DNA of 64,000 bases from the human T2T-CHM13v2.0 reference genome, Homo sapiens (GCF_009914755.1 NC_060940.1), one strand, 5' to 3'. Numbered from the stretch's first letter, positions 1 through 13,339 are shown. Notes: generated from the letters alone by a model not told the origin. Numbers and translations: made by a program.

Positions 1-249
1 GGTGCATGGGAGAGCCAGGGAGGTGTTCGCTGTTATTCTTCTCAGCTGTGCTGCACTCACCTGATTCTCCTGAAGTCTGGCTTCCTGGAGCCAAAGTGAC
101 AAGGACACCCGCTTTGGCTCCTGGTGGCCATTGTATCCCTCGGTCACCTGGTGCCTTCTCGGGACAGCAAGACTCACTCAGAGAGTGGTGGGTGGCTGTG
201 GATTTCTCTTGCCCCGCCCCTACTCCCAACAATGACCGATACTAATAGC

Positions 250-620
250 CTTTCTCATTCTTTTCAACACATGCTATTGAGCACTTGCCATGAGCCAGGC
301 ACTGGGGAAAGAGTGGGAACCAAGACAGACCTAGGCCCTGACTTCATGGAGCTAGCAGCCTGGCCAGGAGGCAGACATCCAACAGATAATGACACAGAAT
401 AAAGCCACAAATAAATAGGGTGTGGTGAGCACCGGAAAAGGAGGGCACAGGGAAGGGTGCAAGCAGGTTGGGTCATGAGTCTAGAGGGTGGGAGTTCCCC
501 GAAAAGTGCAGTTGAGATGAGACCTGGAGAGTAGAAGCGCAGATGCCAGGGGTGGGGCTGTGCTCTTTCTGGGACAAGGAGCCGGCTGAGTTTGAGGCAC
601 TGTTATCAGGGCAGTGTGAG
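250..620 (-). mobile_element. L2 3' fragment
   Basis: cattcttttcaacacatgctattgagcactt...ccaggcactgggga...ccctgacttcatggagct. Confidence 0.65.
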
Positions 621-1035
621 GAGTGTGGAAAGGGAGAGATGCCGCCGAGAGGCGGGACTGGGCGCATAGGGAGAGCAGACCCCGCTGGGTCTGTCGATTG
701 TGGATGGGAGTGTGGATTTTGTGGCCGGGCCATTGGGAGCCATTGAAGAATGTTGAGGAGGAGGGTGGGGCTATGGAGTTTTCCATCTTGGAACGTGGCT
801 CTGGAGGCCGAGTGGAGGATGCATATCCGTGGGGAGAGGGAGAAGAGAAATCGGTGCTTTCTGGGCAGGAGAAGGTGGTGGCTTATTGCTGGTGAGGGAT
901 GGCGGGCTTCCAGCCACTCCCTGCGCTGGCCCCGCGGATACCAAGAGCAGCAGTCCCTCAGTTCTTGCCCTCCAGCTGCTCCCACTCTGTTCCTAACTCT
1001 GCACCTCCAAACGTGTGGGTGGAGTTTTACAGTGA

Positions 1036-1461
<426 letters not shown>

Positions 1462-1634
1462 TAACTTTGGGTGATTTTATTCCCCAAGTATAAGAAAGCT
1501 GTAAACCGGGTCTGACTGGAGAAAACGAAAAGGACTGTGCATGGCCTGAGCGTCTCCTGCACACCTGCTGCAGTCTAGGAACTTTTCAGGTTGCTCATTT
1601 AGTTTCCCTTAATAAACCTGATAAATAAGTTTTA

Positions 1635-1690
1635 TGATCCCCATTTTACAGATGAGGAAACTGAGGCACACAGGTGAGTTGTTAGGCCCA
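1635..1690 (-). mobile_element. MIR core
   Basis: atccccattttacagatgaggaaactgaggcaca. Confidence 0.75.
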
Positions 1691-1839
1691 AGAAGGCCGT
1701 GAAAAGCAGATGAGCAATAGATACTGACTTTTTGCATTACTTTGAGTGAGGGAGTTTCTGATATCTTGTTGATCTAAGTCTTTTGAGGCTGATAGAAGTA
1801 TAAGCTATCTTTTTGGGAAAAAAAGTGCATTCTGTATGT

Positions 1840-2230
1840 ACTGGTCAGGACGTTTGGTTGGAAATGGCACAAACATTATTCCAACTAGTGAGACAAAAAG
1901 AGAGTTTAATGCTGTTAACTATTAAATTAACTATTAAAGTAACTGGGAAGCCTTAGAGGGGACTTCAGGCATTGCTGGATCCGGGGGTCAGATGACATCA
2001 TTAATATTGGGCATCTCTCTCTCCATCTCCTGGCTGTGCTTCTGTGTGCTGGCTTCATTGGCAGAATCTCACCATGTGGTAGGAAAGATGACCCACCTGC
2101 AGCCCAAAGCCACATCCTTAGAGGCTGTAATCCTTAAGAGTGAGCGCCCTTTTTCTTTCCAGTACCTTTTACAAAATCTCATGGAAGATCCTGATTGGCT
2201 CTGCCGTGTTCCCATTCAGCCCCCAGGAAT
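1840..2230. mobile_element. Old MLT1 (J/K-like) LTR remnant
   Basis: gacttcaggcattgctggatccgggggtcagatgacatca and ctgattggctc motifs; highly diverged. Confidence 0.55.
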
Positions 2231-3879
2231 TCACTCCCCCGGATTACCCGCCCACCCTTGACCTCAGGCAAGGCCCAGGTCTCGGATTGGTAGCCCCACC
2301 AGGACCACACAGAGGCGGTGAGGTGCGTCCACCAAGAATGGAGAAGTGACTGACAAAAACCACGACCACGGTCACACATACATAAGACATGTTACATCAT
2401 GTCAGGGGAGCCAGCCAATTTTCAGAAGGAACCCCGAGTCTGAAACCCCTCATCTAGAGAAAGTTTACTCTCTTATCAGTGGGAAGAAGACCTGCCTTGC
2501 TTTTTCTTTTGGGATCATTTTATTCCTAACTTGTTTTTCCAGGGAAACCTTCTCTTAGCCCAAAGAGATGCTTTCTAAAAACCTATTTTAGATCTAGCAG
2601 CCACTGGATTGTGTAACAGCATTGGGCTGAGAGTCACCCAGTCTGGGCTCCAAGGAATGCTGAGCTCAGTAGCGGAGCGTAACAACTTAGCATTGTTAGA
2701 AATGTCCTGTTTCTTACTGTCATCTCTCAGAGGACTCTGGAAACCACGCCTGCCCCAGTCTGCTTTCTTCTTAGTGAATCTCTCACACTCTGCCCTCTAC
2801 GCTTTTCTTTTAACCCTGTCCCCACACCCCCACACTGTCCCTCCCCCCCTCCCCACCACAGCCAGCAAAGCCTTCCTCTTCTTTCTTTCTCTCCTCTCAT
2901 CTTTATGATAGAGGTCAGTGTCACCCTCCTGCCAGACACTTCTGCCAGCTCCTCTGCCTCTTCACTCGCTCCTTCTTGCCCATCCGATGGCTGCAGCACA
3001 GAGTCCATGAAGGGGGTGGTCAGTGCCAGCCCCCCTCGGCGGGGGAGATGGGGCGGGCAATCACAGGGTTCAGTGGCCAACGGAGAGGTAGGGTAGCCAG
3101 AGATTGTCCTACCCCAATGACTTTGCTGTAGTCACAGAGCTTTGAGGCAGCCTCTCCCCTGTGCTCGGGGAGGCCCCATGCGTGAAGAGCCCCTCAGCCC
3201 CTGGGGAGACAGAGCCATAAACAAATGATTACGGAAATAATGGCTAAATTAGAGGCAACCGCGGAGGACTGGGAGCCCAGAGAAGGAGGAACTTATTTGG
3301 CCTGGGGGGCCAAAGCAGGCTCCCCAGACAGGGGGCATTTGAACTGGGTGTAGAGGGATGAGTAGAAGTGTGCCAGAATGGTGGGGTGGGGGCACACTCC
3401 CCGGGCAGAGGGGATGTGTGTGCAAAGCCTGAATATGGGGGACCTGGGTACTTGCTGCAGCTGGAGGAGATGGAGAGATGGAGTTTGGGGCTGTGGATAT
3501 GTCTAGATCTGTTGGGCGATGGCCAGATCACCCAGGCCTTGCCAGCCAAGTGAAGAAGCCTCAGACCCTCTTCCAAAGGCAATAGGCAGCCACTGAAAGC
3601 TCTGAAGGGGTAGAGGGACACTAGAGGAATCAGTGTGGTGGCAGGGCAGAGGGGCCTAGATCTGTGCATGACAGAGAGGCAGGAGGGAGCCCCTTGAAAC
3701 ATTCCAGTTGGAGGAGAGGAGGCCCTGAGCCTCCACTTTCCTGCTCCACCAGCAAAGGGGCCTCATTCCTTCTGGGGCTGGAGGGGCAGCCCTGGCCTCC
3801 AAAGGAGGCCAGAGCATCACTCGCCACAGGGATGGAGGGGCAGTGAGGCTGAAAAGCAGAGAAGCAGTGCCTGGAATGT

Positions 3880-4266
3880 CCCTTTAACCCGGCTGTGGCC
3901 GCGGGCCCAGCTGTGATGACTCGCCTGGCCGCCGTGTCTGGCAGGGCTTCAGGACAGAGCTGCCGCCGTGGTGCTGAGGAGCCGAGCGGGCGGGGAGCCT
4001 CTAGCTGCTCCAGCATCCCACTTGCTCACTGCCCCCTGATCCCGTGGACAGCGCAGTCAGAGGCAGGAGCAGGAGAGGAGGAAGCAGAGGAAAAGGAGGA
4101 GGAGGAGGCGGCTTGCAACTCCTCAGATCCAGAGCCGGACTCTGAGCTAATGAGGGAGCAGCAGACACGGCCTCCCAACCCTTCCCCCAAGGGGAACCCA
4201 GGTGGGTGCAGCCCCTGCCCCTGGCGGCTGTGGTTCTCTCCCTGGCTGCCATTTCCGTCAGGGGAG
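3880..4266 (+). promoter_or_regulatory. CpG/GC-rich candidate internal promoter or first exon in intron 2
   Basis: CpG cluster with GC box gggcgggg; (GGA)n leader; ATG at 4150; candidate donors at 4201/4202 (CAG|gtgggt) and 4266/4267 (GAG|gtagac). Confidence 0.45.
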
Positions 4267-5008
4267 GTAGACCTGGATCGGCTTCTCCCTTGCTTCCCTC
4301 TCATCCTCACCCCCACACTCTGCCCACCGTGATGCATGGGTGGTGTGTAGCTGGCTCATTCTATAAACAGGGCTAGCGAGTCTGTGTGGTTCTAGGGAGG
4401 CTGGGGCGGGGTGCACTTGGCCCCCGGTGTGGTACTCAGGGCTTTCTTCAGTCCTGGTTGTATTCACGTGCCTTTTGTGACGGGTGGCAGGACCCTCTGC
4501 TTTGAGAGGCTGTACTTTGTCTTGATTCACATACAACATACTGTATTAGATCCCAGAGCCGTGGTGTCACAGAGAACAACCCCTTTGGCCCTGGGGACAG
4601 ATCTTCCCTGCTCCAGGGTGGGAGAGGGGACCAAGAAACAGCCAGGTGCCCATCTGAACGGCATTACCTTAGTGCTCCTAGTCAGCAGATGAGTGAAAGT
4701 GCCTTAAATGGTGCCGCCCGGCACAGCCACCACCAGCCACGCATGGCAGCCCACAGATGGATTTAATTTACTCATCAAATTAATAACACAGTTCCTCAGT
4801 CCCGTTAGCTACACCTCCAGTGGCCAGGGGCCACACATGGCCAAAGGCTGCTGTGTTGGACAGCGCACATAAAGAACATTTCCATTGACACACGAAGTTC
4901 TGTGGAGCAGTGCTGACCTCGAGGCCTTTTCATTTTGACCTCATACTGCAGGCACCTGAGCCCCTCCTGGGGCGAATCACGTCAGATCACAGGGGGCTCT
5001 TCGATCTT

Positions 5009-5069
5009 GCAGTCTGGCTGTGCTGTAATGCAGTCTGCACCCTGCTGCATTACAGCACAGCCATTCTCT
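5009..5069 (+). ncRNA. MIR6504: MIR6504 pre-miRNA hairpin (intronic, sense)
   Basis: Perfect 19-bp inverted repeat TGGCTGTGCTGTAATGCAG (5015-5033) / CTGCATTACAGCACAGCCA (5045-5063) with an 11-nt loop. The arms match recalled miR-6504-5p (UCUGGCUGUGCUGUAAUGCAG) and -3p (CAUUACAGCACAGCCAUUCU). Confidence 0.9.
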
Positions 5070-5134
5070 CTACAGACAAGGGGAATGGCGGGGCCCAAAG
5101 AGGGCTAGTGCCCCTTCCCTACCCCAGCCTGCCT

Positions 5135-5410
5135 GATCTCTCTCCATCTCTGTCTCTTTCAGGTTCTTTGCATCCATGTGTGTCTGTTTTCCTCTCTCTC
5201 ATGCCTTTTCTCCATCTCTCTCCCCTCCTTCCCCTTCTGTCCCCTCCTGCCTCTCCTCTTTCTCTCTCTTTAGTCCTTGCTGTGGCTCACTCTGGGCTTC
5301 TCTTGCAGGTCCTTCCTCCAGGCCTCTCACCACCTCTGAGCCTGTCCCCCAGTCCTCTCTGTGTGTCTCTCCCCTCTTCTCTTCCTCCTCCTCCGCTCTC
5401 TCTGTCTTCT
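5135..5410 (+). repeat. CT-rich low-complexity tract
   Basis: Strongly pyrimidine-biased stretch just downstream of MIR6504. Confidence 0.85.
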
Positions 5411-6439
5411 AAGGAGCTCTTTGTAAAACTCTTACTTTGTTAGAATTTGAATCAATGCCTCTTGCAGACCTCGGGGAGCTGACCTGATCCTTCAAGGAAG
5501 GCAGAGAGGACATTCAGGCCCATGCCCCTCATCCCCAGCTCAGAGACAGAGCAATCTACCAGCAGGTTGAGTTGGCAGACAGAGGCGCCCAGCCTTCCAG
5601 CGTGGGTCCAGTTGGTGTGTTTTGGATGCTTTGTGTTTTCAGCGTGAGCTCCCTCACTGCCATGTTATTAGAATCCCTGGTTGCAGAAAGGGCCTGTTTA
5701 TCCCATTTCCTCCATTGATGCCCTTTCTGCTAGCATTTCATTGTGGGGAGGCCAAGCATGTAAGTACATAGACAGTGTCATGAAAACGTCCTGAAGGTGC
5801 TGTCACTGGCCCCTGGGATGGGGTAGCAGGCATTAAAGAGCAGCGCGGCGCAGATCATCTTCTGGGGGATTCTGCCTAAAAATTGAGTGGCTGCCCATCA
5901 GCAAAAATTAGACAGAGCCGCTGCTCCACAAACAAGGCTTCAGGCAAGATAAGAGCAGGGAGACCCTCCTCCCAAGAGTGTCTGCTTCTTTCGGGGATGG
6001 GTTCCGGGACTCGGCTCTTCTCACCAATGTTCTGGAAAGTCCTGCAGGAGGCGGGGCAACTGTTTACCCCAAACATTGGCAGCAGGGCAGGGACGGGGTG
6101 GGTTCCTTTCTTACTGGAAGGTAGCAAGCAGGACTTTTCCGGTCTGGAAAGCACCAGAAAGGTCTCACTCTCTAGCTTCCAGTAAGAAAGGAAGCTCCTT
6201 TTCCCTAAGAAACTGGGCCGGGGAAGGGGAGCTTGGAAAAGGTCGCTCACAGCGCACCCTGGGCTGTTTTTCTCACCTCTCAAGACAATGCAACAATGAG
6301 AAAGAACTTGGCAAGTTTGGGAGAGGAAATTGGGCAGCGTTTGCCTGGAACCAGGCCCTTTCAGCATTCCAAAGATTTAACACCAGAAGTCGGAAGCCTG
6401 GAACCAGCTGCCCGCAGGCTTCCGGGGGACTTGGGGTCT

Positions 6440-6553
6440 GGCTGGGGACCTCTCCCATGTCTGAATGGATTCTCCTCTGAGTGACCCTCAGGGTTGGGCT
6501 GGGGGACCTTTCCCAGGTCTGAATGGATTCTCCTCAGAGTGACCCTCGGGGTT
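6440..6553 (+). repeat. Two-copy tandem duplication of about 58 bp
   Basis: ggctgggg(g)acct..tccca.gtctgaatggattctcctc(t/a)gagtgaccctc(a/g)gggtt occurs twice. Confidence 0.9.
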
Positions 6554-7539
6554 CCAGCCATGCCTTATGTTCCCACTGGGCTGAGTTCTCTTGGCTCAGC
6601 CACCAGCAGGACAGTATGGGGACTCTGCACAGAAGCGTGACCCTTCCCCCAGCTGGAACGCAGCCTGGTCAGCTTTCCCTTTGCTTGGAAGCCCCTTAGA
6701 GATGCCTGTGCTGGGACTCAAGACATTGCCTAGCAGCGTATGTCCTCCTTCAAAAGTAGACAAGCCAAAGGAACGAGCAGTTTACAGTCCGGCCTTGTCC
6801 CAACCTTTTTGGCTCCATCAGCCTCCACCTGCTCTCCTAGAGGCAAGTTCTGGCCCTTCCCTTAGTTTCAAGGTGAGGTCTCCTGCGTGCCACATCCTTC
6901 CTCCTCCTGCTTCATCAGTAGGGCAGCTACCATGGAGAAATAATGCTCATGGATGTCCCAACCCAAGTCCTGGGAATCCAGAGGAGCTCAGATGCATTGC
7001 TTCATGTTCCAGGGCTGGATTGCAGGGAGGGAAGACTGTGGGGTCAGACAGACCTGAGTTCCTGCCCAACTTCCCTGGGCACTAGCTCTGGATCCTTAGA
7101 CTCTAACTAGCCATGGAACCCTAGGTTTTACCACATTCTAGCTGTGGAACCCTAAACAGCAGGAAGAACCTCTCTGGGGCTCATTTAATTTATCTGTGAA
7201 ACGCACTCTAATACTTGTCTCCTTGCATATTGTGAGGCTCGTAGATATTACATGTAAAATACTTAGCACTGTGCCTGGTACTTAGTAGGTGTTCAAGAAA
7301 ACACTGCCATGATCATTTTTAGAGTCTTAGTCAAATACAGTTTGGGGAAGAGAGGGAATCAGAGCTGAAGAGTTCTTTTGAAGGTCTGTTGTGTGTGGAC
7401 TTTCTTCGCTGAGCAGAATGGGTATATGAATGCCCCATTCATCCATCCATCTATCCGCCCACCCATCCATTTATCCATCAGACTGTCCATCTGTCTTATC
7501 TGTTTTTCCATCCATCCATGTCTCCATCTATCCAATTCA

Positions 7540-7900
7540 TTCATTCATTCAACACTTCAACCAATCTTTCACTTAACAAACATTTCTCCGGGTTTCATGG
7601 ACACAGTGGTGCCTAAGTCAGACGTGGTTCCTGACCTCCCAGAGCCCATAGCCTGCAGAAGAAGGACAACTAGACAGGCGATTCCAGGACAGTGTGATGC
7701 GTTAGGCGAGGCATTCTGGCCTGGTTTGGTTGGGGATGGGGAGGGGAAGGCACCATCAAGACAGTCATTCTGGAGAAGTGGCATTTCAGGAGGGACCTGA
7801 AGTGTAAGTAGGAGTCCAGCGGGCAGCGGAGAGAAGGGGGTGACAGCAGAATGTTCCTGGTGGGGGAGTACACGCTGCATGGAAGCCAGTCTGAGAGCAG
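7540..7900 (-). mobile_element. L2 3' fragment preceded by a (CCAT)n/(CATT)n tail-derived repeat (7435-7550)
   Basis: cattcattcattcaac...aacaaacattt...gtggttcctgacctc. Confidence 0.6.
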
Positions 7901-8296
7901 GGCAGGCCAGGTGCTGCCACAGTCACCAGCGACCACGCATTCTAGGTGGCTGGAAGCGGCACGGCATTGTTTCTAACTTGTGCTGTGTGTCCACCATGGG
8001 CCAGTGGGGGAAGGGAGTGTGCCAAGCGGTGCACGGGTTCTCAGGGGCTCCCACGCGCGGGCCACGGGTCACTTCAGCATGACATCAGCTCGTTGCATTG
8101 GCCTGTGTGCTTGCCAGGAGCCCGGAGGGAAGAGACCTGGAAATGACACAAATGATGACCCCAGCAAGTCTGGGTGTGTGTGTGGTATATGCATTGGTTT
8201 CCCCAGTGGAAATGTGGCAGTGGAGGAAAGGTTGGGTTAGACCTGGGTCCTTAAGCCGTGGTCCATGGTAGATTCCAAAACTACCTGCACAGTCCT

Positions 8297-9440
8297 GCGT
8301 GTGGGACTGTGGTGTGTGTGTATGTATGTCTGTATGGTTTATGTGTGTGTGTGTGTGTATGGTATGTCTGCATGTGTGTGCGTACACATGTGTGTCTCTG
8401 TGAGTGTGTATGTGTCTATGTCTGTGGTGTGTGTGGTATGTGTGCATGTGTGTGCCTGATATGTGTGTTTATATGTGGTATGTATCTGTGTATACGGTGT
8501 GTATGCACATGTATCTCTGTGTGTGCATGTGTGTGTGGTATGTGCATGTGTGTGTGTCCTGTGTCTATATGTGGTGTGCATAGTGTGTATCTCTGTGTGT
8601 GGTGTGTGCATGTGTGTGGTGTGTTGTGTGATATGTGACGTGTGTGTGTGGTGTATGTGTCTATATGTGATGTCTCTGTGTGTATATGGTGTACGTGCAT
8701 GTGTATCTGTGTGTCTGTGTGAGGTGTGTGTCTGTGTGGTATGTCTTTGTGTGTATGAGGTGTGTATGGTATGTGTCTGTGGTGTGTGTGTATGTATGTC
8801 TGTGTGATGTGTGTGCATGTGTGTGTGGTGTATGTGGTACGTGTATGTGTGGTGTGTGTGCATGTGTAACTATGGTGTGTATGTGTGTATGGTGTATGTG
8901 TGTCTGTGTGTGTGGTGTATGTGTCTACGTGGTATGTGGCTGTGTGGTGTGTGTGCATGTGTAACTGTATGGTGTGTGTGTATGGTGTGTGTGGTGTATG
9001 TGTCTTTGTGTGTGTGGTATGTGTGCATGTGTAACTGTATGGTGTGTGTATGGTGTGTGTGTGGTGTATGGTGTGTGTGTGTGTGCGTGGTGTGTGTACA
9101 TTTGTAACTGTATGGTGTGTGTGTGGTGTATGTGTATTTGTGTGTGTGGTGTGTGTGTGTGGTGTGTGTGTCTGTGTGCAGGTGTATGTGTTTTTGTGTG
9201 TGGTATGTGTGCATGTGTAACTGTATGGTGCGTGTGTGTATAGTGTGTGTGTCTGTGTGTGTGGTGTATGTGTCTTTGTGTGGTGTGTGTGTATGTGTAA
9301 CTGTATGGTGTGTGTATGTGTGTGGTGTGTATGTGTCTGTGTGTGTGGTGTATGTGTCCTTGTGTGTCGTGTGTGTGCATGTGTAACTGGTGTGTGTGTG
9401 TATGGTGTGTGTGTGGTGTATGTGTCTTTGTGTGTGTGCA
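8297..9440 (+). repeat. Complex (TG)-derived tandem array, about 1.1 kb
   Basis: Degenerate TG repeats with recurring modules gtgtgcatgtgtaactgtatggtgtg and gtggtgtatgtgtctttgtg. Confidence 0.97.
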
Positions 9441-11755
9441 TAAATGTTGACATTACATGGGTGTGAGTCCATAGCTTGTTTTAGGTTCTCAAAGGGGTCC
9501 ATAAACCCCCCTGGATCAGGTGATCTTTAAACTCCCTTTGGCTTCTGATGGAAAGATGCTCATTGTTACCGTGGACAAACATGGCTGAAGCCTCTGCCTT
9601 CTTCCAAAGTGCAGCCAGCCTAAACGGGGGTGGGGAGGGGACCACGGCCAGCTTTCCTTCTCGTCGCACTGGGGCAGAAGGAGCCGGGCGCGGTGGGTGG
9701 GAGATCTTGGCTGTCTCTGCCTCCCTGGAAGGAGGCGCAGGAGAGTTCCGCATCGAGACTGTCCTCAGCCCGGCATCTCTGTGCCTTGCCTTACATGTCA
9801 TTAATTCATTCAGCTGTATTTTTTTTTTTTTTTTTTTAACACCAGGCTCACTGGAGCAGTCGCAGTTAATCCTACGTGGATCCTGCCTCCTCTCCCAATC
9901 CTGTGGGTGGGACATAAATACCCAGCCAGCCTCAGGGTGTGGGCCGAGGGCTTGAAGAAGTGGCCGCCAGAAGCTTCAGGAGAGCGGAGGAGGGATGGGG
10001 TCCTGGCCGAGGTGTGGGGAGGGCAGGGGCAGGCGCCGGAGTGTGCAGAGGCACCCCACTGCCTGCTCCGAGCCTCAGCTTCCTCATCTGTAAGATGGGT
10101 GCGTTGAGGAGGAGAGGAGGTGTGTGTGAGCATTTCTCGTGGTGCCTGGTACCGAGTAAGCACCCGTGGTCTGTGGTTGGTAGTGACATGCGTCATCGCA
10201 CTTAGTTCGCCAGCCTGTGTCATACCTGTTTAGCTGGGATCTGCAAACTAAACCTGCCTTCTTGAACCGAAACCTGCCTTCTTCCTGGACTGCCACACCG
10301 ACCTCCAAGAGTTGAGAGGATCCCAGAGTGGAACAGAAGTGGCCAGAAAGCCAAGTGTGGCTGGGGAAGGGGGTCACACCCTCCTATGGGAGGAAAGGCT
10401 TGGAAACCCAGATGGCTCTGCCTGGAAGGATGGGGCTGAGAAGAGACTGATGTGTAGCAGTGTCTGTGGTCAGTGGCTCTGAAGAAATCCGTCCCAGGCC
10501 TTTAGACATCAAGTGCTGCTGTGAGAGGCAGGCTACGAGGACCCAGCTAAGACTGGAGGCTCCTGCAGCTCAGCAGGAAGTCACAGGGGGCGTGGCCAGG
10601 CCAGGCAGCTGGGGCCCAGGAGGAGAGATCTGTCAGCCATCCCTGCCAACAACTCAGCAGTGGGCCGGACCCAGTCTGGCAGGGCCAGAACCATCTGGAT
10701 GTGAGCTCGGGGCAGAGGAGACGCCAGGAGCACCAACGGTGTGACCAGGAGAAGCCACAGTTGTGGAAATGCTGGTTCCTTCTGTAAAAATGCCTACGGG
10801 GCAAACACATCAGAATGTCCACTTTGAAAAGGAAGAAGGGGCCAAGAGCCAGTAGGCCCTGCAGGTCCCTCAGGGCTCTCATGTGCCGGCAGCCGAAATG
10901 GGATCTGGCCATCCCAAGCAGGAAAGGAATGTACTAGAAGAACGGTGGCAGCCTGGAGAATGGCCTGGAGCTGGGGTCGGGGCATGCAGGTGGTAGTCCC
11001 ATCACCACCAGTGCAGGAAGGTGCAGGGCAGGACCCAGCTCCTCCCAGGTGAATTCTCCCTGCCCCATCTCCATAGCACTTGCCCAAGATCCAGAGTCCT
11101 GGGCAAGAACCTCTGCCTGGCCAAGCCAGAGGACTGGCTCACACACTGTTGAGGAGGGCTGGAAGGCCCCCTAAGACTCATGAGCCAGGGAGACCCCAGA
11201 TGGGAAGGGCTGGGCTAGCCATCGTGGAGGACGGTCTGTGTTGGGTTTCGCTACAGAGGCTGGGGAAGGGAGTCTCCTCTGGTCATTCTCTACCACCTGT
11301 GACACCTGGGTCACTTTCCTCTTTCTTCCTTTGTTTCTGTGTTCATTCGTTCCAGTGTAACCAGCCCTGGCCCAGCCAGGCACTGCTCACCTAGCTGTGG
11401 AATCAGAAATAAGACCCTGCCCTCAAGGAACTCCTAGTCCATTCATTCCTTTGTTCATTCATTCAGAAAACACCTGTTGGTCTCCTGGTGCTCCAGGCCA
11501 CAGGATACAGTGGTAGGTAGAGCATGCGTGGCCCCTTCCCTCTTAGGGTCACACATATATACAGGGCACTTTGGCGGGGCCAGTGGACACAGAAGAGGGA
11601 GGGATGTGGTTGTCCTCCTCCACCTTCTTTTTGTCTTCGCTTGGCCGTTCCGTCCAGCCGGTGGCAGCTTACAGGCACTGCCTGGGTCCACTGTGGACCC
11701 TCAGAGCCAGTGGAACAACTCACATCCGCGTTATACCAACCTGGTTGTACCTCCT

Positions 11756-12175
11756 GCTTTTATTTCCTATTGCTGCTGTGACTGATTGCCCCTAACTTTG
11801 TGGTTAAAAGAACACAGATTTAGTCTCTTATGGTTCTGGAGGTCCGAAGTCCAACACAGGTCCCATGGGGCTAAAATGAAGGTGTCAGGACTATGTTCCT
11901 TCTGGAGGCTCTCGGGGAGAATTCGTTTCCAGCTTCTAAAGGCTGTCCGCATTCCTTGGCTCATGGCCACATCACTCTGACCTCTGCTTTAGTCTGACTC
12001 TGCCCTCCTGCCTCCCTCTTGTGAGTACCCTTGTGATTTCATTGGGCTACCTAGATCATCCCCATCTCAAGACCTTGAACTTGGTCACATCCAGAGTCCC
12101 GTTGCCACGCAGGATAACTTAATCACAAGGGATTTAGGATGGAACATGTTTAGGGGGCTTTATTTTCCTTACCAC
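11756..12175 (-). mobile_element. MLT1 (MaLR) solo LTR
   Basis: tttcctattgctgctgtg...ttctggaggtccgaagtcc...aaggtgtcagg...ttctggaggctctcggggagaat motifs. Confidence 0.8.
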
Positions 12176-13339
12176 CTCCTTCTCTCTCTGGCCCCCTTGG
12201 TGTGTGAGGAAGCACAGGAATGGATGTGGACCAGGCATGCCCTGGAGCCAGCTCATCCCAGCTTGCACCTGCCCACCAGAGCTGATCGTGCCCGTCTCTC
12301 CCCAGCTCTGGCCCAGGGGCATCCCCTTGAAGGTGTGGAATCAGCCAAAATGGGATTGTTCACAACACAGAAATCCGCACATGCCGGGATCAGGGCTTGT
12401 TGTTCCAGAGAGCCTGATGTTAAGCATTTATCAGCACAGACCTGGCCGTGGCTGCTGACGCTGCTGGCCCCTGTTTGTGGAGTGTTTGCACGTGCCAGGC
12501 ACCGTGCTGAGGAAGCACTTTTCATGGATTAGCTCATTGTTTGGGATCTTCGCACAGCTCTCCCCGAGCAGGGTGTATTTTGTCATCCTAATGAATAGGA
12601 ATTGTCACAAGACCAGTAGAGCTTGGGCAGTGCTGATGGGAGGGAGCTCAGCAACAGTCTCTCCAGGGGGCTGTTTCTCCTCCTTGGCCTCCGCAACTCT
12701 GGGCAGGGGGCACAGGCTTGGGTCGTCAAGCAACTTGCTGCAGTCACACCACTAGACACGACAGAGCCGAGACTTGAACCTGCACCTGTAAGAGGCTCAG
12801 CCCTTGTCGGAGTTCCTGTGTCACACGGAGGGCTTGCCTCCTGCCTGCTTTGCACTTGGGTAGACTCAAGCTCCACCAGCATCAGGGTGGCTGGTGTGGA
12901 TTCGTGCAGTCCAGGGTTCAAAACTCTGAGTCCCTGAGCTCACTCACCAGAGCCTGAGTCCTCACCACACTTGCTACTGGAATGGATCATTTATGCAAGG
13001 CCAGAGATTGCTCCAGACCCTGACCTCGGAGAGCAGCTGATGTTTCGTAGATGACTTGGGGAGCGGGAGGTGGTCACCTGTAGCGTGATCCGGATCTCCT
13101 CGAACAAGGGTGAAACAAAGCGGTTACATGCTTGAGTGTGTGTGTGCGCGTTTGTGTGCCTCGAGGCAGAAGGTGGATGTTCGTGCTTGGAGAGAGACTC
13201 TAGCCTTCGTCAGACCCCCTGAACCGTCAGAGGCAGGGTCACTTTGGAGAGAGGGTTGTGGGTTCTGGTGGGGAACGCACGCTGCACTTCGGCCCAGCCT
13301 GGGGTGGAGGGGTAGCCAATGGGGAACTCAGAATGGTCC

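Noticed and set aside
8085-9502. Many HT-rich and CV-rich ORFs up to 345 aa
   Set aside because: Artefacts of the TG array.
12940-13130. CpG-containing unique segment as another possible first exon
   Set aside because: The short ATG frame stops quickly and only a weak donor (AGG|gtgaaa) is present; insufficient support.
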